A stretch of 64,000 bases of DNA from an uncultured bacterium (GCA_902796305.1 CADBOJ010000072.1:3682-67681), one strand, 5' to 3'. Positions 9,723 to 19,304 are shown, numbered from the stretch's first letter. Numbers and translations: made by a program. Notes: generated by a model from the sequence alone, not told the origin.

Positions 9723-10671
9723 AATAAATCCCGAAAAAATTAATTTTAAAACCAGTGATTTCCTTGTTGAGGTTAATAATGAAAACGGAGAAAAAAATTC
9801 CGGATTATTTAAAGAAAATCCCGACAAGGAAATTGAATTAGAAAACCTTGACGGCAATAACGATGATGATATAGTAAATGCTAAAAGCGAAGCAAATAAG
9901 ATAATCGAAGAAGCAATACAGAAAAAAGAAGACATTTTAAGCGAAGCAAGCGCAAAAGCGGAAGAAATAAAAAACGAAATAAACGCAAAAGCAAAAGAAG
10001 AAGCGGATAAAATAGTTGAAGAAGCAAATAAACAATCTCTTGAAATGCTGGAAAACTCTAAAGCGGAACTTGAAAAGCAAATAACTTCTTCCGCAAAAGA
10101 AGGATACAAAGCAGGATATGATGACGGTTTGCAAAAAGTAAGAGAAGAACTCGAAGAAAAAATCAAAGATTTTGAGAGTTTTTGCAACCGTAAAGCGGAT
10201 ATTGAAAATAAAATCTTAAAAGCCGTATCCCGTGACATTATAGATATAATAATAAATATTTCAAAAAAAATTCTTCTGAAAGAAATTAACGCAGAAACTA
10301 TTGATAAAATAATTACAAATACAATTTCTCTGCTTGAAAAAAAAGAAGATATAAATATAATTGTAAGCGAAAAATATGCAAAGTTGCTTTATGATTTAAG
10401 AAATAATACGCTCGGAGATGACAATGAGCTTAAGTTTGAAAATTTCAAGCAGTACAAAGGTTTTAATATAATATATAATCCAAAATTCGGTGAAGATACA
10501 ATTATTATTGAAAATCCTTCGGAACGCTTTGATGCATCAATAAGCGCCCAGATGGACGTTATAATAAGGGATATATTTGAAAATACGCAAAATCGCAAAT
10601 TGGATGATATAGAAAAAATTCCCGACAAAGATACGGATAAAATTGAAAATGAACCTGAAGCAACTGAATAA
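9715..10671 (+). CDS. fliH: flagellar export apparatus stator protein FliH
   Basis: 318 aa, TTG start overlapping the fliG stop. E/K-rich coiled-coil N-terminal half and a FliH-type C-terminal domain. Lies between fliG and fliI. Confidence 0.7.
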   Translation: MSKINPEKINFKTSDFLVEVNNENGEKNSGLFKENPDKEIELENLDGNNDDDIVNAKSEANKIIEEAIQKKEDILSEASAKAEEIKNEINAKAKEEADKIVEEANKQSLEMLENSKAELEKQITSSAKEGYKAGYDDGLQKVREELEEKIKDFESFCNRKADIENKILKAVSRDIIDIIINISKKILLKEINAETIDKIITNTISLLEKKEDINIIVSEKYAKLLYDLRNNTLGDDNELKFENFKQYKGFNIIYNPKFGEDTIIIENPSERFDASISAQMDVIIRDIFENTQNRKLDDIEKIPDKDTDKIENEPEATE

Positions 10672-11956
10672 AGTAATAGAAAATTCAAATACTGTTCAAA
10701 AAATCGGAAAAATCATCGAAATTATCGGACTTACCATTGTTTCGGACGGGCCGGTTTCTTCAATAGGCGACTTGTGCCATATAATTCAGGAAAATTCTAA
10801 AGAAATAATTTATGCCGAAGTTGTAGGTTTCAGGGAAGACAGAGTTCTTTTAATGCCTTTAGGCTCAATGGAGGGGCTATGCGCAGGAGCAAAAGTAGTT
10901 AATACCGGAACTTCAATGAAAGTAAAGGTTTCGGATATGCTTCTGGGAAGAGTTTTAGACGGGCTTGGTAATCCCATTGACGGAAAGGGCGATATACCTG
11001 CAGATGAATATTACCCAACTAATGCTAAAATCATTAACCCGATGGAAAGACATCCCATAGATGAGCCGTTAAGCCTTGGTCTAAGAGCAATTGACGGATT
11101 AAATACAATAGGAAAAGGGCAAAGGGTTGGGATTTTTGCGGGTTCGGGTGTTGGAAAATCCACAACGCTTGCAATGATAGCTAAAAACACGGAAGCGGAA
11201 ATAAATGTTATTGCTTTAATCGGAGAACGCGGCAGGGAAGTAAGAGAATTTATTGAAAATACAATGCAAGAAAGCGGTATGAGAAAATCCGTTGTAATAT
11301 GTGCAACTTCCGAACAACCTGCACTTGTTAAAATAAAAGCATCTTTTGTTGCCTGTGCAATAGCTGAATATTTTAGAGATAAGGGCAAGGATGTTCTTTT
11401 CATGCTGGATAGTGTTACCCGTATCGCTTTGGCTCAAAGGGAAGTAGGGCTTGCCGTAGGTGAACCGCCGGCTACAAGAGGATATACTCCGTCAGTTTTT
11501 GCACTTCTTCCGAAATTTCTTGAAAGAGCAGGCGCAAATAAAAACGGTACAATAACAGGATTATATACCGTTCTTGTCGAGGGGGATGATATGAATGAGC
11601 CTATTGCGGATGCTGCAAGAAGTATTTTAGACGGACATATAGTCTTATCAAGAGCGCTGGCGCATAAAAATCACTATCCTGCCATTGATATTCTCGCAAG
11701 TATATCACGTGTAATGAATAATGTTGTTGATGATGAACAAAAGCAAGCTGCGGGAAAAATAAGAAACTTAATGGCAAATTATGCTAAAAACGAAGATTTG
11801 ATAAATATAGGAGCATACGCAAAAGGTACAGACCCCGATGTTGATAAAGCTATAATGATGCATGATAAAATAGAAGCATACTTAATTCAGAGCATGAACG
11901 ATGCTACAGATTTTGATGTAACCAAAAATGAACTGATAAACCTTGCTAAAATGTAA
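10643..11956 (+). CDS. fliI: flagellum-specific ATPase FliI
   Basis: 437 aa. Walker A GSGVGKST, Walker B LFMLDSVTR, F1/T3SS ATPase-like throughout. Confidence 0.95.
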   Translation: MKMNLKQLNKVIENSNTVQKIGKIIEIIGLTIVSDGPVSSIGDLCHIIQENSKEIIYAEVVGFREDRVLLMPLGSMEGLCAGAKVVNTGTSMKVKVSDMLLGRVLDGLGNPIDGKGDIPADEYYPTNAKIINPMERHPIDEPLSLGLRAIDGLNTIGKGQRVGIFAGSGVGKSTTLAMIAKNTEAEINVIALIGERGREVREFIENTMQESGMRKSVVICATSEQPALVKIKASFVACAIAEYFRDKGKDVLFMLDSVTRIALAQREVGLAVGEPPATRGYTPSVFALLPKFLERAGANKNGTITGLYTVLVEGDDMNEPIADAARSILDGHIVLSRALAHKNHYPAIDILASISRVMNNVVDDEQKQAAGKIRNLMANYAKNEDLINIGAYAKGTDPDVDKAIMMHDKIEAYLIQSMNDATDFDVTKNELINLAKM

Positions 11957-11970
11957 AAATCGGATTTATG

Positions 11971-12351
11971 CTATTCGCCGTACCACATAATTTCAACGGC
12001 ATAATCGGGTGCATCCAGTAAAGCGCCCATTTTAGAATAATCCGTATTATTTTCAGGTTTTTTATTGGGGAAAATCTTGGAAAGCAAAGCTAAACCAGCA
12101 GCAGCAAGAGCACCTATACCGCCGTATTTTAAAATTGAACGATTTGAACCTCTTGCATTTGCAGCAGAAGAAGATATAAATGAATCAACGGCATCTTTGT
12201 TGATAAGCGATGAAAGTTCACTCTTTGTCGGTACAACATATCTTGCACCCGCACCTGCAACCGCACCGATTGCGGAAGCAACAGCAGTTGTTCTGTATAC
12301 ATTATTATTCGATTGTGCAGTCTGAACTTTGTTTACATCCATATTCTTCAC
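11971..12351 (-). CDS. hypothetical Gly/Ala-rich small protein
   Basis: 126 aa, convergent with fliI. Two G/A-rich hydrophobic stretches (AIGAVAGAGA, GGIGALAAAGLALL). No family recognised. Confidence 0.4.
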   Translation of the reverse strand: MKNMDVNKVQTAQSNNNVYRTTAVASAIGAVAGAGARYVVPTKSELSSLINKDAVDSFISSSAANARGSNRSILKYGGIGALAAAGLALLSKIFPNKKPENNTDYSKMGALLDAPDYAVEIMWYGE

Positions 12352-12593
12352 ACTTTCTTCACAAGATAATCAAGTCTTTTAGCATTAGCTTCAGACAATA
12401 TTTATTTTTTACGTATTCGTCCTGATTTGGTCAAAAAAAAATCAAACCTACGCACAAAACCTTATACTCTCTCACAGATTTCTCAAATTTTTTCTATTTT
12501 ACCATGTAAAATCACTTATGTCAACATGTATAAAAAATATTTTTTATTTTTTGTTTTTTTCATGATATCTTAATCGTATAAAGGAGAAAAACC

Positions 12594-13067
12594 ATGGTAA
12601 ACACTTTTGAAGGCAAACTGACCGCATCGGATAATGACAGATACTGTATAGTTATTTCAAGATTTAATGATTTTATCGGCTCAAAGCTTTTAGCCGGTGC
12701 CGTTGATACATTTAAGCGTTCGGGTGTTAAAGAAGAAAATATTGATGTGGTTTGGACTCCGGGTGCCTTTGAAATTCCGCTTATAGCAAAATATGCTGCC
12801 GAATCTAAAAAATATAATGCTATTGTTGCGCTGGGGGCAATTATCAAAGGTTCAACATCTCATTATGATTATGTATGTGCGGAACTTTCAAAAGGAATTG
12901 CTTCGGTTTCGCTAAATTCAGGCATTCCTGTTTTATTCGGCGTCTTAACAACGGATACCATAGAACAGGCAATTGAAAGGGCAGGAACGAAAGCAGGAAA
13001 CAAAGGTTCCGAATGTGCCAAATCTGCAATCGAAATGAGTAATGTAATTAAAAAAATCAATCTTTAG
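12594..13067 (+). CDS. ribH: 6,7-dimethyl-8-ribityllumazine synthase
   Basis: 157 aa. Typical [19 protein letters not shown] and [14 protein letters not shown] motifs. SD AAGGAG upstream. Confidence 0.93.
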   Translation: MVNTFEGKLTASDNDRYCIVISRFNDFIGSKLLAGAVDTFKRSGVKEENIDVVWTPGAFEIPLIAKYAAESKKYNAIVALGAIIKGSTSHYDYVCAELSKGIASVSLNSGIPVLFGVLTTDTIEQAIERAGTKAGNKGSECAKSAIEMSNVIKKINL

Positions 13068-13172
13068 ATCTAGAAAATTAAATTCTAAATCATCCCCTTG
13101 ATTAATGCCCTTTCAAATCGATGAGTATAGATTATAATTATAAACTCGATTTGATGGGAGAGTATTTTATAA

Positions 13173-14396
13173 ATGAGTATTAAATTTGATTTACCGAAGA
13201 AACTTTTTAATTTACTGATTGTTGTTTTTGCACTAATAACAATTACACCCGCCATGGCGGAAGATAACATTATATCATCGGTTGTTATTTCAAAATCAAA
13301 AAGTAATCCGAATGGTTATGAGTTGAACATAGATTCCACAAAAAACGTTGATTACAAAATGGAAACGGATGACGACGGAAGCATTTACTTTGATTTAAAA
13401 AATTCCGTGCTTGCAGACGATGCAGGCACAGTGTATGACGATGTTACGAATATAGATAACGTTGTTGTAAGGCAAATGGATAAAAACAAGGTAAGAATAT
13501 ATGTTAAAGGTAAAAATGTGGAAAATACCGAACTTGTTTTTATGAATTCGCTTTTTGACACTAATAAACAATCTAAAAAAATCGTCATAAATCGTCCCGT
13601 TAATGAATATAAATCAACATCGGGATATAATGATGACGATCTTGAAAGTCAGGAAGAAATTCAGGAATGGAACGATAACTCGTTTAATTTCTATCATTTT
13701 GCTTCGGAAACCCTCTCGGGCGCAAAAGAAAGTGCATTGGGAATAATTTTAATCGTTGCTTCAATATTTGTTTTCGTATTTATTACAATAAGAACAATAA
13801 CTTCAAAAATTTCACAGGACCAAGAGCCTTTAATAGGTTTAAACAATACAAAAACAAATTTAGAAGACGATATTTATAGTAACACCATTTCAAAAATTCA
13901 AAATAAAGAAATTAATTTTAATGATATTACAACCAGAAATCAGGTTATTAAAAATGCACAGCTTGAGCTTGAACGCGCGCACAATAAATATCAGGAATAT
14001 TTAAAAAATAAATACAATAATAACCCGATTAAAACAAAAGCACTCGGAACGGATGCTTTAAAAAAAACTATTGCGCTAAATCAGTACAAAAAAAATGAAA
14101 AAAATCCTTATCTTGACCAGCAGGTAATAAAAATGGATACCATAAATTCATATAATAAAGGAAATACTCAAAGTTTTATCCCGCCCCGTCCGAAAATACA
14201 GGGAAGTAATCTAAATACATCGCCCTATATTCAAAAACCGTCGCCAAAAGTAAGCTATACGCCAAAACAAAATATTAAAAATAATTCCGGTTCGCTAAAA
14301 TTCCTTGAAAGTGTTTCAAAAATATATGAGCAATCAGGAAGAGAGGATTTAGCTATCGGGCTTAAAAAATCAATAACAAAAAGCCAGAAAGTTTAA
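13173..14396 (+). CDS. hypothetical bitopic membrane protein with N-terminal AMIN-like domain
   Basis: 407 aa. Signal peptide, AMIN-like beta domain (SIYFDLKNSVL ... VVVRQMDKNKVRIYVKGKNV), one central TM (ALGIILIVASIFVFVFITI), then an N/K/Q-rich tail. Confidence 0.5.
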   Translation: MSIKFDLPKKLFNLLIVVFALITITPAMAEDNIISSVVISKSKSNPNGYELNIDSTKNVDYKMETDDDGSIYFDLKNSVLADDAGTVYDDVTNIDNVVVRQMDKNKVRIYVKGKNVENTELVFMNSLFDTNKQSKKIVINRPVNEYKSTSGYNDDDLESQEEIQEWNDNSFNFYHFASETLSGAKESALGIILIVASIFVFVFITIRTITSKISQDQEPLIGLNNTKTNLEDDIYSNTISKIQNKEINFNDITTRNQVIKNAQLELERAHNKYQEYLKNKYNNNPIKTKALGTDALKKTIALNQYKKNEKNPYLDQQVIKMDTINSYNKGNTQSFIPPRPKIQGSNLNTSPYIQKPSPKVSYTPKQNIKNNSGSLKFLESVSKIYEQSGREDLAIGLKKSITKSQKV

Positions 14397-14426
14397 AAGT
14401 TTTAAATATAATACTCAACCAATAAT

Positions 14427-14451
14427 GCCTCTGTTTTCAGGGGCTTTTTTT
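14427..14451 (+). terminator. rho-independent terminator
   Basis: GCCTCTG-TTTT-CAGGGGC hairpin (14427-14444) followed by T7. Confidence 0.75.
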
Positions 14452-14503
14452 ATATTATAAAGTTTAATTTAACAAAATACAGCAATAAAATTAATTTAAA
14501 ATA

Positions 14504-14809
14504 TTATTTTTTAAATAAACTTTTTATAAAATTTGCAACCGAAGCAAAAAAATTCTTGATTAAATCTAAAAAGCTTTCATCGTCAGCATCCTGTTCAAGT
14601 TCAATTTTTTCAAAACTGTCGGTCGGGGACTCTTTAAAATGCAATAAATCTTCCTCATCCTTTTTCTTTCCCCGCCTGAAATAGCCGGTATTGCCTCCGC
14701 CTCCGTCTGTCGGCTTGGAGGATGCTTGTACGTTAGTTAAATTTATATTAGGATTAAAATCAAATGACACAATTGCACCTTCTGCTATAATTATAGCACA
14801 ATTATGCAA
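14504..14809 (-). CDS. hypothetical small protein with C-terminal amphipathic helix
   Basis: The tracked ORF uses TTG at 14809. A better start is GTG at 14770, preceded by GAAGGTG with a 5-nt spacer, giving MSFDFNPNINL... (88 aa). Contains a GGGG/K-rich segment, an acidic stretch, and the terminal FLDLIKNFFASVANFIKSLFKK. Confidence 0.4.
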   Translation of the reverse strand: MHNCAIIIAEGAIVSFDFNPNINLTNVQASSKPTDGGGGNTGYFRRGKKKDEEDLLHFKESPTDSFEKIELEQDADDESFLDLIKNFFASVANFIKSLFKK

Positions 14810-14840
14810 AAATTCAAGATATGATTATAATTTGAACGTA

Positions 14841-15536
14841 TTAATGAACGGGTACATTTAATTTATCATTAAGTTTTAAAATAACTTTTTCGCCTTTTCT
14901 TGCCTTATAATGAAGCCCCGGAGAAACCACACCGGTTACAAGTCCAACCCCGCCCCCTATTGAGCCTCCGATTATAAGACCTGTTATTGTATGACCTGCT
15001 GCAGTTCCTATTGCAGCACCCAGTCCTGAGCCGACAGCACCTATTGAAAACGTATAGCCGGCAATTTTTCCTGCTGTTTCTTTTGCGCCCTCTTGAAAAT
15101 ATTCTTTATCCGCCGGTTGCATACTGACAGGTAAATTAGTGCCGTCGGGGAGCAATATATGAGTAAATTCCATAAAAACTTTTGCATTTCTTGAAAACCA
15201 CTTTGGCGGACAAAGCTCGGTTATTTTTGCAATCAAAGACGAATTGCAAGGAATAACAAGTGTTCCTTCTTCCGTTTGCAGGTTGTTATCAAAATTAAAT
15301 TGAACAAAATCACCCGTTTTATAATATTTAGAGTTAAAATTTTGGGCAAAATTTACGATAATATGATTATCTTTCTGTATTATATTGCCCGCAGGCGTTA
15401 CTTTTACGAGATTGATTTTCGAGTTATTGTCCGTTCTTAAATGTTCAACATCTACATCTTCATAATTATATGCTAATGTTGAACCCGATAAGAGCAATAA
15501 AGAAATTAAAGAAATCGAAAGTAATTTTTTATGCAT
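14841..15536 (-). CDS. secreted hypothetical protein with C-terminal glycine-zipper segment
   Basis: 231 aa. Signal peptide, beta-rich domain, then GAVGSGLGAAIGTAAGHTITGLIIGGSIGGGVGLVTG. Confidence 0.55.
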   Translation of the reverse strand: MHKKLLSISLISLLLLSGSTLAYNYEDVDVEHLRTDNNSKINLVKVTPAGNIIQKDNHIIVNFAQNFNSKYYKTGDFVQFNFDNNLQTEEGTLVIPCNSSLIAKITELCPPKWFSRNAKVFMEFTHILLPDGTNLPVSMQPADKEYFQEGAKETAGKIAGYTFSIGAVGSGLGAAIGTAAGHTITGLIIGGSIGGGVGLVTGVVSPGLHYKARKGEKVILKLNDKLNVPVH

Positions 15537-15566
15537 AAATATCCTCTTTTAACCGATTTTATATTA

Positions 15567-17645
15567 TCAGATTTTGGTAAAATAATGCAAGTATATTGTT
15601 GTTCTCCCGCTTTGTTTGTCGGGGTTGAATTCTGTTGTAAGGCTTTCTTTAAATATTTTATTTCTTTTCATATAGTCATAACCGAGGCAGTACCTTTGTT
15701 GTGATAAATCCGCGTTGTTTTCTCTTGCCTGAAAAGTACATTGCACCCCGTCGGTTGAATAGAATTTAATTTTGGAATTTTTTACTTCGTAGTTTATTTC
15801 GACATCTTCGGGATTAAAAATATCATCATCCTGTATTTCACTTTCAAGAATTATCAAATCATATTTATTCAAATCATATTCATCCATCCTTGCCGCAACA
15901 AGAAAATCAACTTTATATCCTTTTTTTGAAAGACTTTTAAGATATAAAAGAGAAGAGCTTGTTGTTTTAAAAACGGCTATTCTTTTTTTATCGCTGAAAT
16001 GTTCAAAAATATCATCATACATTTTAACTGCAAGCTGGAGAGTATTCGTAATCCTGCCTCTAAAACAGTCGTCTTCATATTTTGCAAGGTTGAAATTTGC
16101 TCTTTTTAAGCCTTTTATTACATATTTTGCAGGCATTCTTGCAATGTTTGTCGAAAGGAAAAACATATAAAACAGTGCAAAGAAAATTATAACGGGCTTA
16201 ATTATGCTTTTTTTTGCATATGAAGATGAGATACAAAATGAACTTATAATAACGAAAGACAGTATAAACCTTATGGAATATACCATATAGCCGACACTCA
16301 ATGATAAAAATATTATGTTAATTAAAAATATCAATCCGAAAATTAAATATAAAAATCTTTTTTTATTTTTTGCAAAGAATCCGTAAAATATTGAATAGAT
16401 AATGGACGGCAAAAGCAAAAGAAAACCGAGTATGCCGAAGCCTACGAGCTGTTCGTCGGCAAGAATGTTTACTTTTTGCATTGCAATGTTACAGCCAAGA
16501 GTCGGAGGAATATTTAATAATTGAAAAACATTATTTTTAAAATTTAAAATCTTGTCATTAAGATAAAAGCCCCACTTAAATCCCGTAAAATCAAAAACTT
16601 GAAAGAAATAGTGTATTAAATTAGCAATAAATCCTTTATATCCGCCCCAGAATTTATGCGAAATATATCCGAGATGACTTGATATAGGATTATGGAACTG
16701 GATAAAGTTTAAAACATAGTTATAGCTTGAAAAAATTATAAAATTGAACACAGAATACGCTATAAACCGTTTTAAATCGTTAAATTTTTTATCTTTAAAA
16801 ACAAAATATTCAAAAAATAAAAGAAGTATAAAATAAGCAAAAGATGCCATTACTGCAGTGCTTTTTACCCCAAGAGCGATACTGAAGGCTAATGAAGAAA
16901 AATATATTGAAAATTTATCCCTTTTTAAAAATAATGCCGAAGATAAAAGAAATAAGCTACCTATGATAATATCCGTCTGCTGACTGCAAATTTGGACAAT
17001 TACGGCGGGAAACGACGAAAGAATAAATATTGTCCAGAGAATTTTTCTGTAAGGTATTTTAAATTTTAAAAATATGTCAAAAAGTGCAAATAATCCTCCG
17101 ATATATGCGATATAGGAAACAATACCGTAGCCGTGAAAATTATTTTTAAGTGCATACATCCATGCATATGCAATTTCCGAGTTAATTGGCATAACAAGCG
17201 CTCTTATATCACCGGTTTCAAAATGAGTCAGCCTGCCGTGTTCAAAAAATTCAACTGCCCTTATAAAGTGATATGTTTGACTATCCGGTTCAAGAGGCGG
17301 CATTACAAAAGCAAAAAGCAAGGTTATTATCATCATAAATAAAAAACCAAAGCCAAGAAAAATCAAGGATTTATCAAGAAGCAATGCATTTTTAATTCTT
17401 TTGAAATCAATATTTATTTTCAAAAGCGGAAATTTTTTATATTTCCAAAAAGAAAACGATAAAATAAAATTTAAAATTGAAAATATCAGAATATTATTCC
17501 TGCTTATTGCCCCGAATAATGACAGTATTTCAATATTTGCGATAATCAAAGCAAAATATGCAATAAATATGATGAGCATGCTTCCCGCAAAAGATGCTAT
17601 TATGTATGAACTCACTAAGTTCAGTAATAAAGAGCTTAAAAACAT
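15567..17645 (-). CDS. polytopic membrane protein, GT-C fold glycosyltransferase-like (ArnT/PMT-like)
   Basis: 692 aa. About 13 TM helices over roughly 500 aa, an acidic first-loop motif (PPLEPDSQTYHFIRAVEF), and a ~180-aa soluble C-terminal domain. Confidence 0.45.
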   Translation of the reverse strand: MFLSSLLLNLVSSYIIASFAGSMLIIFIAYFALIIANIEILSLFGAISRNNILIFSILNFILSFSFWKYKKFPLLKINIDFKRIKNALLLDKSLIFLGFGFLFMMIITLLFAFVMPPLEPDSQTYHFIRAVEFFEHGRLTHFETGDIRALVMPINSEIAYAWMYALKNNFHGYGIVSYIAYIGGLFALFDIFLKFKIPYRKILWTIFILSSFPAVIVQICSQQTDIIIGSLFLLSSALFLKRDKFSIYFSSLAFSIALGVKSTAVMASFAYFILLLFFEYFVFKDKKFNDLKRFIAYSVFNFIIFSSYNYVLNFIQFHNPISSHLGYISHKFWGGYKGFIANLIHYFFQVFDFTGFKWGFYLNDKILNFKNNVFQLLNIPPTLGCNIAMQKVNILADEQLVGFGILGFLLLLPSIIYSIFYGFFAKNKKRFLYLIFGLIFLINIIFLSLSVGYMVYSIRFILSFVIISSFCISSSYAKKSIIKPVIIFFALFYMFFLSTNIARMPAKYVIKGLKRANFNLAKYEDDCFRGRITNTLQLAVKMYDDIFEHFSDKKRIAVFKTTSSSLLYLKSLSKKGYKVDFLVAARMDEYDLNKYDLIILESEIQDDDIFNPEDVEINYEVKNSKIKFYSTDGVQCTFQARENNADLSQQRYCLGYDYMKRNKIFKESLTTEFNPDKQSGRTTIYLHYFTKI

Positions 17646-17690
17646 ATCTAAATTTTACAAAATAATATATGTTGAAGCAAAAAATTTAAA

Positions 17691-18020
17691 TTACGCAACA
17701 AGAAAATGACGCTTAACGAGTTCACGTTTATTTTCGGATAAATCCTCATAAGACATGTGAGATTTTAAAAATCCGTCTTTCATTATAATGGCAAGATAAA
17801 CAAGTACGTCATTTTGCAAGTTATACAGTCTGAATTTATTTTCAAGGAGGCATTTTATAAATTTTCCGGATTTAATACAGCTTACGTTTTGCATATTTAT
17901 TCCTATTTTTTTTGAAATTATTCCTAAATCAAAAATTCTATTAACTGTTTCATCATTGATGGTTGACGAATTAATAGTAAAAATAATTTCTTTTTTACCT
18001 TTTATTTCAGAAAAAAACAT
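17691..18020 (-). CDS. hypothetical protein, weakly STAS-like
   Basis: 109 aa. Its size and segments INMQNVSCIKSGKFIKCL and FRLYNLQNDVLVYL resemble anti-sigma-antagonist folds. This is a low-confidence call. Confidence 0.35.
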   Translation of the reverse strand: MFFSEIKGKKEIIFTINSSTINDETVNRIFDLGIISKKIGINMQNVSCIKSGKFIKCLLENKFRLYNLQNDVLVYLAIIMKDGFLKSHMSYEDLSENKRELVKRHFLVA

Positions 18021-18134
18021 ACGGGTATGCCATCCTTTATATACAGTTTAAGAGATTTTCGGGCAATTGTTAACTATTACAAAGAATAAGGTTTCTATAA
18101 CTTTTGTTTAGAATAAATCCATGATAATATATGA

Positions 18135-19304
18135 ATGGGAAGAGTATATTTAATATATGACAATCAAATGAAATTATTAGAATATTTTAAGAGCCAGAAA
18201 GAAGATAATAACTTCAATCTTCTGCCTGACGGCATCTTTGCACTTGAGCAGGACGGCAAGATTATTGATGTTAACAACAGAATTCTTGAAATTTATAACA
18301 CCACCAGATTCAATATTTTAGGGCGCTACTTTTCGGATTTTGTCGAAAACGGAACTGCGACCTTAAATAAAATTGTTAACAATAATTCGGCTATTTCAGT
18401 AAAAGCAATACTTGAAGACGAAGACATACATACAACTCTGCTTGATATTACGGCAAGCAGAAATGCTGACACAAGCAAAGTATATGTCTGTGTAAGAAAT
18501 GTTACGACAGAAAAAAAGGAACAAAATTCAATTGCTCAAAAATACGCTGCGGCGCAAACTATTATTGATGAAAAAAATGAATTTTTAATAGAATCATCAG
18601 GCGGTGTTTTATCAAATATTGTTTCAATTATAGGTTTTTCAAGAGCTCTTCTTGACGGTATCGGAGGGGCGCTTTCGGAAAAACAGCAAAAATATTTAAA
18701 TATAATAAACTCCAATTCGCAAGATTTGAATTATGACCTTGAAAAGCTTTTTGCATTATTTAAACTTGAATCAAGAAAAATAGTATACGATAACAAGGGT
18801 TTTGATTTAATAGCCTTAATAAAATCAATAGACAGGATTTATAAAAAAGACTTTGCCGATAAGAAGATACTTTTTTCGCTTGATTATTCAAAACTTACAC
18901 AAAGAGACTGCTATCTTGACGGAGAAGTAATCGAATACATTTTAAGATGTATTATGGATATTTTTTCAAGATTTGCAAAACTCGGAAAATGTTCTTTAAA
19001 CATTGGTCATCCGCCTGTGGATTTTCTTAAAACAAGAGATTTTCCTGCCAAAGATTCTTATGATGAAAATAAATATGTTCTTTTTGAAGCAAAAATTTCG
19101 GATATAACATTTGACGAGGAAGAGCTTAAGCATATTTTTGATACATATTACAGAGGAAAAAATAAACGTCCCATAGGTTTAAAGGCAACTATTAATCTTC
19201 TTAAAATCTATATTACGGATTTTGGCGGGGATATATGGGTTTATTCAAAACAAAACTTTGGCACAATGTTTACTTTTGTGCTACCTTTAAAGAAGATGGA
19301 TTAA
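18135..19304 (+). CDS. PAS domain protein with degenerate (His-less) histidine-kinase-like DHp/HATPase domains
   Basis: 389 aa. PAS (LPDGIFALEQDGKIIDVNNRILEIY), H-box-like EFLIESSGGVLSNIVSIIGFS with Gly in place of His, and a C-terminal GHKL-like tail FGGDIWVYSKQNFGTMFTFVLPL. Confidence 0.65.
   Translation: MGRVYLIYDNQMKLLEYFKSQKEDNNFNLLPDGIFALEQDGKIIDVNNRILEIYNTTRFNILGRYFSDFVENGTATLNKIVNNNSAISVKAILEDEDIHTTLLDITASRNADTSKVYVCVRNVTTEKKEQNSIAQKYAAAQTIIDEKNEFLIESSGGVLSNIVSIIGFSRALLDGIGGALSEKQQKYLNIINSNSQDLNYDLEKLFALFKLESRKIVYDNKGFDLIALIKSIDRIYKKDFADKKILFSLDYSKLTQRDCYLDGEVIEYILRCIMDIFSRFAKLGKCSLNIGHPPVDFLKTRDFPAKDSYDENKYVLFEAKISDITFDEEELKHIFDTYYRGKNKRPIGLKATINLLKIYITDFGGDIWVYSKQNFGTMFTFVLPLKKMD

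Noticed and set aside
9711-10238. 175-aa minus-strand ORF (Ser/Phe/Leu-rich) plus a 65-aa ORF antisense to fliH
   Set aside because: It lies entirely within fliH. It is the low-complexity mirror image of the E/K/A-rich coiled-coil codons, and it has no SD and no family resemblance.
12352-12593. Possible FMN (RFN) riboswitch upstream of ribH
   Set aside because: The 240-nt leader is AT-rich, with no conserved RFN core (no GGGCGGGGTGAAATTCCC-type segments) and no multi-stem structure.
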